Under the pieces are notes generated by a model. The model did no database searches. It was not told the origin of the DNA and was given only the letters and a program-made list of their open reading frames with translations. 64,000 nt of DNA from an uncultured Chloroflexia bacterium (GTDB lineage Bacteria > Chloroflexota > Limnocylindria > Limnocylindrales > CSP1-4). The DNA is taken from assembly GCA_963813535.1 (NCBI GenBank), contig CAWEZH010000003.1, positions 896,001 to 960,000 of the forward strand, read 5' to 3'. The position numbers were made by a program, and so were the translations under genes. Every line of letters starts with the position of its first letter. Positions within the stretch are counted from its first letter, which is position 1. Of the stretch, positions 18,960 through 28,062 are shown piece after piece.

Positions 18960-20947
18960 CCGCGGTTCCCGGCGAGCAGCAGGTAGGAGCCGGCCATGAC
19001 CAGCAGACCGATGGCGATGCCAAGCGCGTAGTTCTGGACATGGCCCGTCTGGACGCGTCGGATACCGCGGCCCGCGCCGACCGTCGAGCTGCCGATGGCG
19101 TTGACGGTGCCATCGACGACCTCACGGTCGAACCACCAGATCGCCTGGGCGAGCCGTCCGCCGATGACGATGAACAGCAGGTGGTAGAGCTCGTCGAACC
19201 ACCACTTGTTGAGGGACGCGCGGTACAGGAACGCCAGACCCGGCCGCGCGCTGACTTCGCGCACGACCTCGGGCCGCGCGGGCAGGTGGATCCCGCCGAT
19301 GTCGAGGCCGAACAGCCGCCATGCGAGGACGAGGCCGATGACCGCGACGGTCACGCTGGCCAGGATCAGCCCACCGTCGACGCCGAACAGCTGGTACTCC
19401 TCGTGGGGCAGGTGGAGCAGCTCGGTCGCCTCATGGAAGACCGGCTCGAGCCACTCGTGCAGCCGGCTGTCGCCCAGCGGGGTGCCGAGCAGCAGCCCCA
19501 GGAGCACCGACGGGATAGCCAGCAGGATCAGCGGCACGGTCATGACCGCCGGCGACTCGTGGATGCGATCCCAGATCTCCTTGGGGCCGCGGAAGACGCC
19601 CCAGAACGTCAGGCCCATGAGCCGGAACATGTAGAACGCGGTCAGCAGGGCGACGAACAGGCCGATCCCCCAGACCCAGTAGAAGCCGAACTTGAACGCC
19701 TCGCCGAGGATCTCGTCCTTCGAGAAGAAGCCTGCCAGGGGCGGGATGCCCGAGATGGCGATCGAGCCGATCAGCATCGTCACGTAGGTGATCGCGATCT
19801 TCGGCGCCAGTCCACCCATCCGGCGCATGTCCTGCTCCTCGTGGACCGCGTGGATGACCGAGCCGGAACCGAGGAACAGCAGGCCCTTGAAGAAGCCGTG
19901 GGTCATGAGGTGGAAGATCGCGGCCGTGAATGCTCCGACCCCAAGGGCCGCGAACATGTACCCGAGCTGTGACAGCGTCGAGTAGGCGAGGACCCGCTTG
20001 ATGTCGGTCTGGGTCATCGCGATCGAGGCGGCCAGGATGGCCGTGAATATCCCGATCGCCGCGACCACGACCATCGCCGACGGCGCGGCCGCGAACAGCG
20101 GATTGGCGCGGGCGACCAGGTACACGCCGGCGTTGACCATCGTCGCGGCGTGGATCAGCGCCGACACCGGCGTCGGGCCTTCCATCGCATCGGGCAGCCA
20201 CACGTGGAGTGGGAACTGGGCGCTCTTGCCCATCGCCCCGGCGAACACGAGCAGGGCGACGATCGGCACGGGGATCGGGAAGGCGACGAGCGTCGGGTCG
20301 AGCATGATCTCGATCGAGTGGCGCACGTCCAGGGTCCCGGTGTTCAGGAAGATGGCCATGATGCCGAGCGCGAAGCCGACGTCACCGACGCGGTTGACGA
20401 TGAACGCCTTCTTGGCGGCAAGCGCCGCGGATCGCTTCCGGTACCAGAAGCCGATGAGCAGGTAGCTCGACAGTCCGACCAGCTCCCAGGCGACGAACAC
20501 GACCAGCCAGTTGTCGGCCAGGACGAGCAGCAGCATCGAGAACATGAACAGGTTCAGGTACGCGAAGAACCGCCAGTAGCCCGGGTCGTGGGCCATGTAC
20601 CCGATCGAATAGACGTGAACGAGCAGGCCGATCGTCGTCACGACGATCAGGAGGCAGGCCGTGAGCGGGTCGACGAACAGGCCGAGGGTCACCTGGAAGC
20701 CACCGGCCGGGATCCACGTCCACGGCCCGACGGCGTAACCGTGGAGATCCTCGGTGCCCTCGATCAGCGGGGCCGTACCGGTCAGGACGTTGACCACGGC
20801 GACCATCGCGATGATCCAGGCGATGAAGATGACGCCGACGGGGACCCAGTGGGCCTGCTTCCCGAGCCGCCGCCCGACGAGCGCGGTGAACAGGAAACCC
20901 GCCATCGGCAAGACGAGCAGCAGCGGCAGCAGCCCTTCGATCGTCAC
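18956..20947 (-). CDS. nuoL: NADH-quinone oxidoreductase subunit L
   Basis: GKSAQFPLHVWLPDAMEGPTPVSALIHAATMV, HGFFKGLLFL and QTG.VQNY motifs. Confidence 0.97.
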   Translation of the reverse strand: MTIEGLLPLLLVLPMAGFLFTALVGRRLGKQAHWVPVGVIFIAWIIAMVAVVNVLTGTAPLIEGTEDLHGYAVGPWTWIPAGGFQVTLGLFVDPLTACLLIVVTTIGLLVHVYSIGYMAHDPGYWRFFAYLNLFMFSMLLLVLADNWLVVFVAWELVGLSSYLLIGFWYRKRSAALAAKKAFIVNRVGDVGFALGIMAIFLNTGTLDVRHSIEIMLDPTLVAFPIPVPIVALLVFAGAMGKSAQFPLHVWLPDAMEGPTPVSALIHAATMVNAGVYLVARANPLFAAAPSAMVVVAAIGIFTAILAASIAMTQTDIKRVLAYSTLSQLGYMFAALGVGAFTAAIFHLMTHGFFKGLLFLGSGSVIHAVHEEQDMRRMGGLAPKIAITYVTMLIGSIAISGIPPLAGFFSKDEILGEAFKFGFYWVWGIGLFVALLTAFYMFRLMGLTFWGVFRGPKEIWDRIHESPAVMTVPLILLAIPSVLLGLLLGTPLGDSRLHEWLEPVFHEATELLHLPHEEYQLFGVDGGLILASVTVAVIGLVLAWRLFGLDIGGIHLPARPEVVREVSARPGLAFLYRASLNKWWFDELYHLLFIVIGGRLAQAIWWFDREVVDGTVNAIGSSTVGAGRGIRRVQTGHVQNYALGIAIGLLVMAGSYLLLAGNRG

Positions 20948-21035
20948 GCCGAACGACCCTGCACGCCGCCCGAACTACCCTGCGTGCTGGCGGACGGCCG
21001 TTCGGCGGCACGCCTTTCTGACCACAGCGGCTCGT

Positions 21036-21353
21036 TCACTGGCGCATCGAGTCGTATTCGTCGACTAGCGGGGTCTTCTTGTTGCGATAGATCGCGATGA
21101 CGATCGCCAGGCCGACGGTCGCCTCGGCGGCTGCGACGGCCATGACCATCAGCGCGAAGACCGCGCCCTGGGCTGTCGCGTCGGCGCGTGGCCCGAACAA
21201 TCCGAACGCCACGATGCTCAGGTTGACCGCGTTCAGCATCAGCTCGATCGACATGAGCATGCTGATGGCGTTGCGCCGCGCCAGGAACCCGAACGAGCCG
21301 ATGGCGAACAGGATCCCGGACAGGATCAGGTAGGTGTCGAGACTGTCGCTCAC
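21036..21353 (-). CDS. nuoK: NADH-quinone oxidoreductase subunit K
   Basis: [14 protein letters not shown] and [11 protein letters not shown] motifs. Confidence 0.95.
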   Translation of the reverse strand: MSDSLDTYLILSGILFAIGSFGFLARRNAISMLMSIELMLNAVNLSIVAFGLFGPRADATAQGAVFALMVMAVAAAEATVGLAIVIAIYRNKKTPLVDEYDSMRQ

Positions 21354-21943
21354 GACGGCCCGCCAGGCTCGCGCTTCGCCAGGAAGATGCCGCCGATCAC
21401 CGCGGCGAGTAGCAGCACGCTCACGATCTCGAACGGGAACACGAACTGCTGGAACAGGACGCGCGACATGATCGACGTGCCGAGTCGAGCGTGGCGCGCG
21501 GCCTCACCCCAATCGGTCGCGCTGACCGCCAGGGCGATGACCACGGCGATGACGATCGCCGCGATCGATGCGGGCCCGGCCTGGGTCTGGAACACCAGCC
21601 GGCTCGGGGCGTCCTTCGTCTGCGTGAGCATGATCGCGAACAGGATCAGGACACTGATCGCGCCGATATAGATGATGACCTGGGCCGCGCCGAGGAGCGC
21701 GACGCCCATCAGGACGTAGATCCCGGCCAGGGCCATGAAGCAGACGATCATCGCCAGACCGCAGCGGATGATGTCGCGCATCGTCACGACCAGCAGACCG
21801 CTGAAGATCATCACCGCCGCCAGGATCCAGAGCAGGACGTCCTCCCAGTCCTGGTGTAGGGCGATGAGCATCAAGGCGGCGACCCCGAAGACCGCGCCCA
21901 TGAGCAGGAGCGCGAGGATGATCTGGGGGAGCTTCGCGAGCAC
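21350..21943 (-). CDS. nuoJ: NADH-quinone oxidoreductase subunit J
   Basis: [19 protein letters not shown] and [15 protein letters not shown], plus an extra N-terminal hydrophobic helix. Confidence 0.9.
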   Translation of the reverse strand: MLAKLPQIILALLLMGAVFGVAALMLIALHQDWEDVLLWILAAVMIFSGLLVVTMRDIIRCGLAMIVCFMALAGIYVLMGVALLGAAQVIIYIGAISVLILFAIMLTQTKDAPSRLVFQTQAGPASIAAIVIAVVIALAVSATDWGEAARHARLGTSIMSRVLFQQFVFPFEIVSVLLLAAVIGGIFLAKREPGGPS

Positions 21944-21945
21944 GG

Positions 21946-24594
21946 CTACTCGTGATGGCCGGGCCCGAGCGCGGCGACCGCGCCGTGCCCGTCATGGCCG
22001 TGTCCGTCGTGGCCATTGCCGTTCGGGCGGCCCGGCGGGAGCCCAGTTATCGTCGGTGGGAGGACCGGCAAAAGGCGAGCCGGGTCGTATACCCGGCCCT
22101 CGGCCTGCGCCCTGCTCAGCCAGTCGCGTTCGCGGCGGATATAGGTGACCTCGGTCTCCTTGTCGATCTCGGCGAGGGCTATCAGGTCGATGATCGGCTC
22201 GGACCGGCCGGTGTGGGCGAGCTCGAAGTCGGCGCCGTCGCGCAGGGCGTCGTACGGGCACGCATCCACGCAGATCCCGCAGAGGATGCAGCGGCTCTCA
22301 TCGACCTCGTACTTCTCGAGGATGCGCGGCTTCGGCATCAGCGCGCCGGTCGGACACGTCTCCGCGCAACGCCCGCACGACACGCACGGTGTGTCGTTGA
22401 GGCTCATGTCGAGCGGGGTCGTGACCAGCGTGTCGAAGCCGATCCGCATGAAGTCGTAGCACGCGGCGCCGACGACCTCTGCGCACACGTTGGCGCAGCG
22501 CCCGCAGTCGATGCAGCGCGACGGCTCGCGCAGGATGAAGGCGTGGGAGTCGTCGCGGATGTAGTCGTGGTTGATGCCGGTGAACCGGTTCTCGGTGACC
22601 GAGCGGTAGCCGGCCCCCTGGTGGTGCTGCGGCTCGAGCGTGGCAAGCGTCGTCGAGTACTCGATGCCAAGGCGTCGGAGGTCGCAGAAGCCGATGGCCT
22701 CGCAGGTGCACTGCAGGCAGCGGGTCGACTCGGCCATCGCGGCTTCGCGGGTGTACGGGAGCTCGTATTCGATGTAGCTGTGATTGCGCTCCTCGGCCGG
22801 TAGTGGCGTCAGCCGATAGCGGGGTTCCTTGATCTCCGCGGTGAACGGCACGATCGACAGGAACTCGGGCTGCGGCTCGGCGAGCGTCTGGCGGGTCCTG
22901 ATCGCGTCCAGGTCCATGCCCTTGAGGTAGGCGTCGACGGCGTACGCCGCGCGGCGGCCCTCGGCCACGGCCTCGACCACGGTCGCGGCGCCGATGCGGA
23001 CGTCGCCCGTACCGAAGACGCCGGGCCGACCGGTCGAGAACGTGACGGCGTCGGCCTTGAGCCGACAATTCTTGGTCGGCTCGACACCCTCGTTACCCGG
23101 CGCGCCGACCCAGTCGAGCTCCGGGCCCTGGCCGATGGCAAGCAGCACGCGATCGCAGGGGATCGTGAACTCGGTGCCCGACGCAGGCTCGGGTCGCCGC
23201 CGGCCGGACGCGTCCGGTTCGCCGAGCTGCATCCGGATGAACTCGACACCCGTGACCTTGCCCGTCTTCTCGTCGACCAGGACCCTCGTGGGACCGGCCT
23301 GGAAGATCGCCGTCACGCCCTCCTCGATCGCCTCGTGCACCTCGTCGGCCGCCGGCATGTCCTTCATGTCGCGCCGATAGACGAGGGTCACCTCGCTGGC
23401 GCCCTGGCGGACCGACGTCCGCGAGCAGTCCATCGAGGTGAACCCGCCGCCGATGACCACGACGCGCTTCCCGGCGTGGCCCGGATAGGGCAAGCCGAGC
23501 GTGGCCGTGCGCAGGTACTCGAGACCGTCGATGACGCCGTCGGCGTCCTCGTTCGGGATGCCGAGCTCATTGGTGTCGTAGCAGCCGATCGCGATGACGA
23601 CCGAATCGAAGCCCTGGTTGGTCAGGTCGTCGAGCGTGAAATCGCGACCCAGACCGGCGTCACACACCATCTTCGCGCCGAGCCGGACGACCGACTCGTA
23701 TTCCGCCTCGAGCACCTCGACCTTCGGCAGCCGGTACTGGGGGATGCCGTAGCGGAGCATGCCGCCCGGCGCCGGGTCACGCTCGAAGACGGTGACCTCG
23801 TGGCCGGCGATGAGCAGGTAGTAGGCGGCGGCCATGCCGGCCGGTCCGGAACCGATGACCGCGGCCCGCCGGCCGGAGCCGACCTGCTGCTCGAACGGGA
23901 CCGGCGGATCGACGCCGTCGTCGAGCATCGACTTGAGGACCTGGTCGCCGGCATAGCGGTGCGTGTCGCGGATGGCGATCGCCTCGTCGACCTCGTCGCG
24001 CCGGCAGTGCTCCTCGCACGGCGCCGGGCAGACCCGCCCGAGGACCGACGGGAACGGGATCGTCCGCTTGAAGATCCGTGTGCTCTCGCGCCAGTTCCCC
24101 TCGGCGTTGGCCTTGAGGAAGCCCGGGATATCGATGTGACTCGGGCACTTGTTCTGGCACGGCGGGAGGCAGTACGCGTTGTGGTCCGAGAAGATCAGCT
24201 CGAGGTTGGTGCGCCGCAGCCGACGGACCTCCTCGGTCTGGGTCTGGACCTTCATCCCGTCCTCGCAGGAGCGCGAGCACGAGATCGGCGGGTGCTCCTC
24301 GCCCTCGACCTCGACGACGCACATCCGGCACGCGCCGAAGCCCGGCAGCTTCGGCTCGTAACACAGGGTCGGGATCTCGATGCCGTTGTCGCGGCAGACC
24401 TCGAGGATCGTCTGACCCTCGAAGCCCTCGACGACGCGGCCATCGACCTCGATCCGGATGCGCGGCGTCGACTGTGGTCGCTGCGGCGACTGCGTGTCGA
24501 GCAGGCGTTCCGCGAGCGATGCGCGGGTCGTCGCCGGTGTCGATGCCTCGATCTCGGCGGGTCGGCCCTCGGGGCGGGCGAGGGTATCGGTCAT
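21946..24594 (-). CDS. NuoG-N/GltD-like (StnC/SfrB-like) FAD-FeS NAD(P)H oxidoreductase carrying the C-terminal half of NuoI; in-frame with the upstream NuoF-like region in this assembly
   Basis: IPTLC..GACRMCVVE..SC ([2Fe-2S]); H..YCLPPC...CP, GRVCPAPCE..C, GSGPAG, GGMLRYGIP, GGGFTSMD, VYRR, RCLQCTC, CIDCGRC and CVSCGRC..CP; then YEVDESRCILCGICVDACP..FE. A likely internal ATG at 24594 has GAGG upstream. Confidence 0.85.
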   Translation of the reverse strand: MTDTLARPEGRPAEIEASTPATTRASLAERLLDTQSPQRPQSTPRIRIEVDGRVVEGFEGQTILEVCRDNGIEIPTLCYEPKLPGFGACRMCVVEVEGEEHPPISCSRSCEDGMKVQTQTEEVRRLRRTNLELIFSDHNAYCLPPCQNKCPSHIDIPGFLKANAEGNWRESTRIFKRTIPFPSVLGRVCPAPCEEHCRRDEVDEAIAIRDTHRYAGDQVLKSMLDDGVDPPVPFEQQVGSGRRAAVIGSGPAGMAAAYYLLIAGHEVTVFERDPAPGGMLRYGIPQYRLPKVEVLEAEYESVVRLGAKMVCDAGLGRDFTLDDLTNQGFDSVVIAIGCYDTNELGIPNEDADGVIDGLEYLRTATLGLPYPGHAGKRVVVIGGGFTSMDCSRTSVRQGASEVTLVYRRDMKDMPAADEVHEAIEEGVTAIFQAGPTRVLVDEKTGKVTGVEFIRMQLGEPDASGRRRPEPASGTEFTIPCDRVLLAIGQGPELDWVGAPGNEGVEPTKNCRLKADAVTFSTGRPGVFGTGDVRIGAATVVEAVAEGRRAAYAVDAYLKGMDLDAIRTRQTLAEPQPEFLSIVPFTAEIKEPRYRLTPLPAEERNHSYIEYELPYTREAAMAESTRCLQCTCEAIGFCDLRRLGIEYSTTLATLEPQHHQGAGYRSVTENRFTGINHDYIRDDSHAFILREPSRCIDCGRCANVCAEVVGAACYDFMRIGFDTLVTTPLDMSLNDTPCVSCGRCAETCPTGALMPKPRILEKYEVDESRCILCGICVDACPYDALRDGADFELAHTGRSEPIIDLIALAEIDKETEVTYIRRERDWLSRAQAEGRVYDPARLLPVLPPTITGLPPGRPNGNGHDGHGHDGHGAVAALGPGHHE

Positions 24595-25887
24595 CGAGGC
24601 GGCCTCGGGGGCGACCGGTGTGGGTCGGCTGGCAGGGTCGAAGGCGGACTCGAAGTATCGCATCCCACTCGTGAGCGGGAGCGTCGCCAGCCGCTCGTGG
24701 TCGCATAGCGCCGACGCGACGATGTCGTGGCTGAGGTCCGCGGCGAGCTGGCCGTCGGCCGGCCGGAGCAGACCGGCTTCGCGCCGATCGACGATCTCGG
24801 CGAGTCGCTTGGTCCCGATCCGACACGGGATCGACTTGCCGCACGCCTCGTTCGCGCAGAACCGGGTCAGCACCCCGACGAGCTCGAGGAGGTCTGTGCG
24901 GTCGTCGACGACCACGAGCGACCCGGATCCGAGATGGGCACCGGCCGAGCGCAGGCTGTCGAACTCATACGGCGTGTCGAGGGCATCGGGTGGCAACAGC
25001 CCGCCCGATGGCCCGCCGATGAGCACCGCCTGCATCGAGCGCCCGTCCGGCAGCTTCCCGCCGAGCTTGAGCACCTCGCGCAGCGGCGTGCCGAGCGGGA
25101 CCTCGGCCACGCCGTCCTTGCCCGGCGTGCGGATCTGGACCAGCACCGTGCCGGGCGCGTGGGTCGAGCCGGTGGCGCGGAACGCGTCGGGTCCCTGCCG
25201 CAGGATCCACGGCACGGCGGCGAGGGTCTGGACGTTGTTGACGACGGTCGGTCGATCGAACAGGCCGACCTCGGCCGGGTGCGGCGGTCGCTGCTCGGGC
25301 TGGCCCCGCTTGCCCTCGAGCGCCTTCAGGAGGACCGTCTCCTCGCCGAGCATGTAGGCGCCCTGCACGGGGCGGACCGAGAGCCACAGCTCTCGGCCGG
25401 AGGCGAGGATGTCATCGCCGAGGAACCCGGCGTCGGTGGCGTGGCCGATGGCGGTCGAGAGGGCGGCGATGACCTCGGCATCCTCACCGCGGACGGCGAT
25501 GAAGGCTTCTGTCGCGCCGATCGCGGTGGCGGCGATGGCCGTGCCCTCGATGACGGCGTACGGGTCCCGGAGCATCAGGGCACGGTCCGTGTGCGAGGCG
25601 GGATCGGCGCCGTAGCCGTTGGCGACGACGTAGCGCCTGTCCGCCTCGGTCGAGGCGGCCGTCCGCCACTTGTCGCCGGTCGGATAGCCGGCACCACCGC
25701 GACCGCGAAGTCCGGACGCGCTGATGACCGCGATGGTCCCTGCGCCGCCGAGGTCCCGCACGGCCCGTTGGAGCCCCTCGAAGGCGCCATCGGCGACGGC
25801 GGCATCGAGATCCGTGGGGTCCCTGACGTCGGCCCTCGCCAGCAGGATGCGCGGCCAGGCGGCCGGCGTCCGCAGGATCGTCACCAT
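24595..25887 (-). CDS. nuoF: Degenerate NuoF-like (51 kDa FMN-binding) subunit; runs without a stop into the downstream GltD-like region
   Basis: SGLRGRGGAGYPTG.KW, GAYMLGEET.L..LEGKRG.P, PTVVNNVQTL, GGPSGG and EACGKSIPCRIG motifs. Confidence 0.8.
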
Positions 25888-25888
25888 G

Positions 25889-26566
25889 TCAGGCGCGGGC
25901 CGGCGCGCCCGGGCGACCGCCTCCCTCGAGCGCGGCGCCGAGCGCCTCCACGTAACTCGATTCCGATGGCCGGTGCCGCTCGACCGCGGCGGCCTGGTCG
26001 GTGGCCGTCGGCGGCTCGAAGCGCAAGTGCGCGTAGTAGGTCGCCGTCCCGTAGATCATCGCGTACCACGCACCCGTGGCGTGACTGATGCGCTTGAGCG
26101 CCGCGACCGGCAGGTAGCCGTACGCCGTCTGGGTCGCCTCGAGGATCTCCAGCATGCGCGCGGGGTCGTGGTCGAAGTCCACGAGGATCCGGTCCACCTC
26201 GGCCATGTCGATCGGGTGGTACGGGCTGAATGCCGGGTCGGGTACCGGTCGGCCCGATCGGCGCAGGGCCAATTCCTCGCGCCGCTCGCCATACGTCTCG
26301 GGGGCGCCCCAGTGGACGTGGTAGCGGCCGCGGGTATCGATGCCGCCCATGTCGATGCACTCGATCGGGCAGGCCTGGGCGCACTGGAAACACGTCTCGC
26401 ATTTGAGCGTGCCCCATTCGTCGTAGAGCAGCTGGAGCCGCCCGCGGAACTTGCTCGCGACCTCGGCGGGCACCTCCGGGTACATCACGGTGGCCTTGGG
26501 CTCGAAGAAGCGCCGAAGCGTCAGCGCCATGCCCTTGGCGATGCCGAGACCGGGGATGAAGGTCAT
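25889..26566 (-). CDS. Fusion of the NuoI N-terminal half (single CxxCxxCxxxCP) with the NuoE N-terminal helical domain (no 2Fe-2S domain)
   Basis: GMALTLR..T.MYPE..FRG..KCETCFQCAQACP.ECI, followed by LEILEATQTAYGYLP..AL..I....IYGTATYY. Confidence 0.85.
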   Translation of the reverse strand: MTFIPGLGIAKGMALTLRRFFEPKATVMYPEVPAEVASKFRGRLQLLYDEWGTLKCETCFQCAQACPIECIDMGGIDTRGRYHVHWGAPETYGERREELALRRSGRPVPDPAFSPYHPIDMAEVDRILVDFDHDPARMLEILEATQTAYGYLPVAALKRISHATGAWYAMIYGTATYYAHLRFEPPTATDQAAAVERHRPSESSYVEALGAALEGGGRPGAPARA

Positions 26567-26569
26567 CGC

Positions 26570-27917
26570 CTACCGACCGATCACGACGATCGCCGCCGCC
26601 GTCACGAACAGGTTGAGCAGCGATGCCGGCAGCAGCCACTTCCAGGCGAAGCTCATCAGCTGGTCGATGCGGACTCGCGGCAAGCGTGCCGCGCATCCAG
26701 ACGAACGTGAACACGAGGGCGTACGTCTTGAGCATGAACCAGAGGATACCGGCGACCCACGGCAGCCCGATGAACGCCCACGCGCCGACCAGCGCGACGA
26801 TGAACAGGTTGGCCAGCACGAACCCGGCGAGCAGCGCCTGCCACCACTTGATGCTCGAGCGCAGCAGCCAGAACGGGGCCCCGAACAGGAGCGTCAACAC
26901 GACTGGCGCGATGCCCACGATGAACAGCAGCCCGATGTTGAACGACGCCGGGTCGAGGCTCAGCTGGACCTGCCATGCCTCGGGCAACGCGAACGGCGCA
27001 TTCCATCCGCCGAGGAACAACGTCACGAAGAGCGCCGACACGATGAACACGTTCACGTACTCGGCGAAGAAGAAGAACCCGAAACGCATGCCCGAGTACT
27101 CGGTCGCGAAGCCGGCGACGATCTCGGAGTCGGCCTCGGTCAGGTCGAATGGGGTCCGGTTCGCCTCCGCGGTCGCCGCGATGAAGAAGATGAGTGCGCC
27201 CAGTGGTTGCTGGAAGATGTACCAGTCGGTGAACCAGCCTTGCTGGTTCTCGACCAGCGTGTTCAAGCTCATCGTCCCGGCCAGCAGCAGCAGTCCCACG
27301 ACCGACAACGCGAGCGGGATCTCGTAGCTCACAACCTGCGCCGCGGCTCGCAGGCCGCCCAGCAGCGAGTACTTGTTGTAGCTCGACCAGCCGGCCATCA
27401 ACAGGCCGACGACGGACAGGCCGCCGATCGCGAAGAAGTACAGCAGTGCGAGGTTGAGGTCGTAGCCGAACAGGCCCGGCGCGAACGGGATGACCAGCAG
27501 CGTCAGGACGCTGGCCAGGTACACGACCACCGGCGCCCAGGTGAAGACGACCGAATCGGCGCCGGTCGGGGTGAAGTCCTCCTTCATCAGGACCTTCAGC
27601 CCGTGCACCACCGAGAGCAGCGAACCGTACGGTCCGACCCGGTCGGGCCCGATCCGAAGATTCATCAGCGCGATGATCTTCATCTCCATATAGATGATCA
27701 GGAACGCGGTCGGGATGGTCATCAGCAGGATCACCGTCACCGCGACGACGAACCGGACGATCGGCAGATTGGCCACCAGGACGTCGATCACTGCCTGGCC
27801 GAACAGCTGGATCACCAGGATCAGCCCGACCGTGAGCAGGATGAGCAGCGGGACGGCGATGAAGACGACCTTGCCCGGCAGCGTCAGCCGACTCCACCCG
27901 CGACCGATGACCGTCAT
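26570..27917 (-). CDS. nuoH: NADH-quinone oxidoreductase subunit H (1-bp frameshift near 26682, probably an assembly error)
   Basis: RIGPDRVGP, KEDF, NKYSLLGGLR..AQ..SYE and NRTPFDLTEADSE. The C-terminus PRVRIDQLMSFAWKWLLP continues in another frame to a TAG at 26570. Confidence 0.92.
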
Positions 27918-27942
27918 GCGTCCGAACTACCTTGCGCGTCGC

Positions 27943-28043
27943 GGGGCGAGTCGAGGCCAAGGCGCCGGCGAGCAGGGGAGCGAGCGTAGCCCGAGCTACG
28001 TGAGCGACCCAGCGCAGCCGGCAACGCCGGCATCGGCCGTCCC
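27943..28043. repeat. ~100-bp structured intergenic repeat (REP-like), copy 2
   Basis: Lies between nuoD and nuoH; homologous to 13283-13380 and 47711-47807. Confidence 0.8.
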
Positions 28044-28062
28044 GTGGCGCGCCGGGCGACCG

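Noticed and set aside
21946-25887. [FeFe]-hydrogenase or formate dehydrogenase catalytic subunit
   Set aside because: No H-cluster motifs and no molybdopterin-binding domain; only the FeS relay and FAD domains are present.
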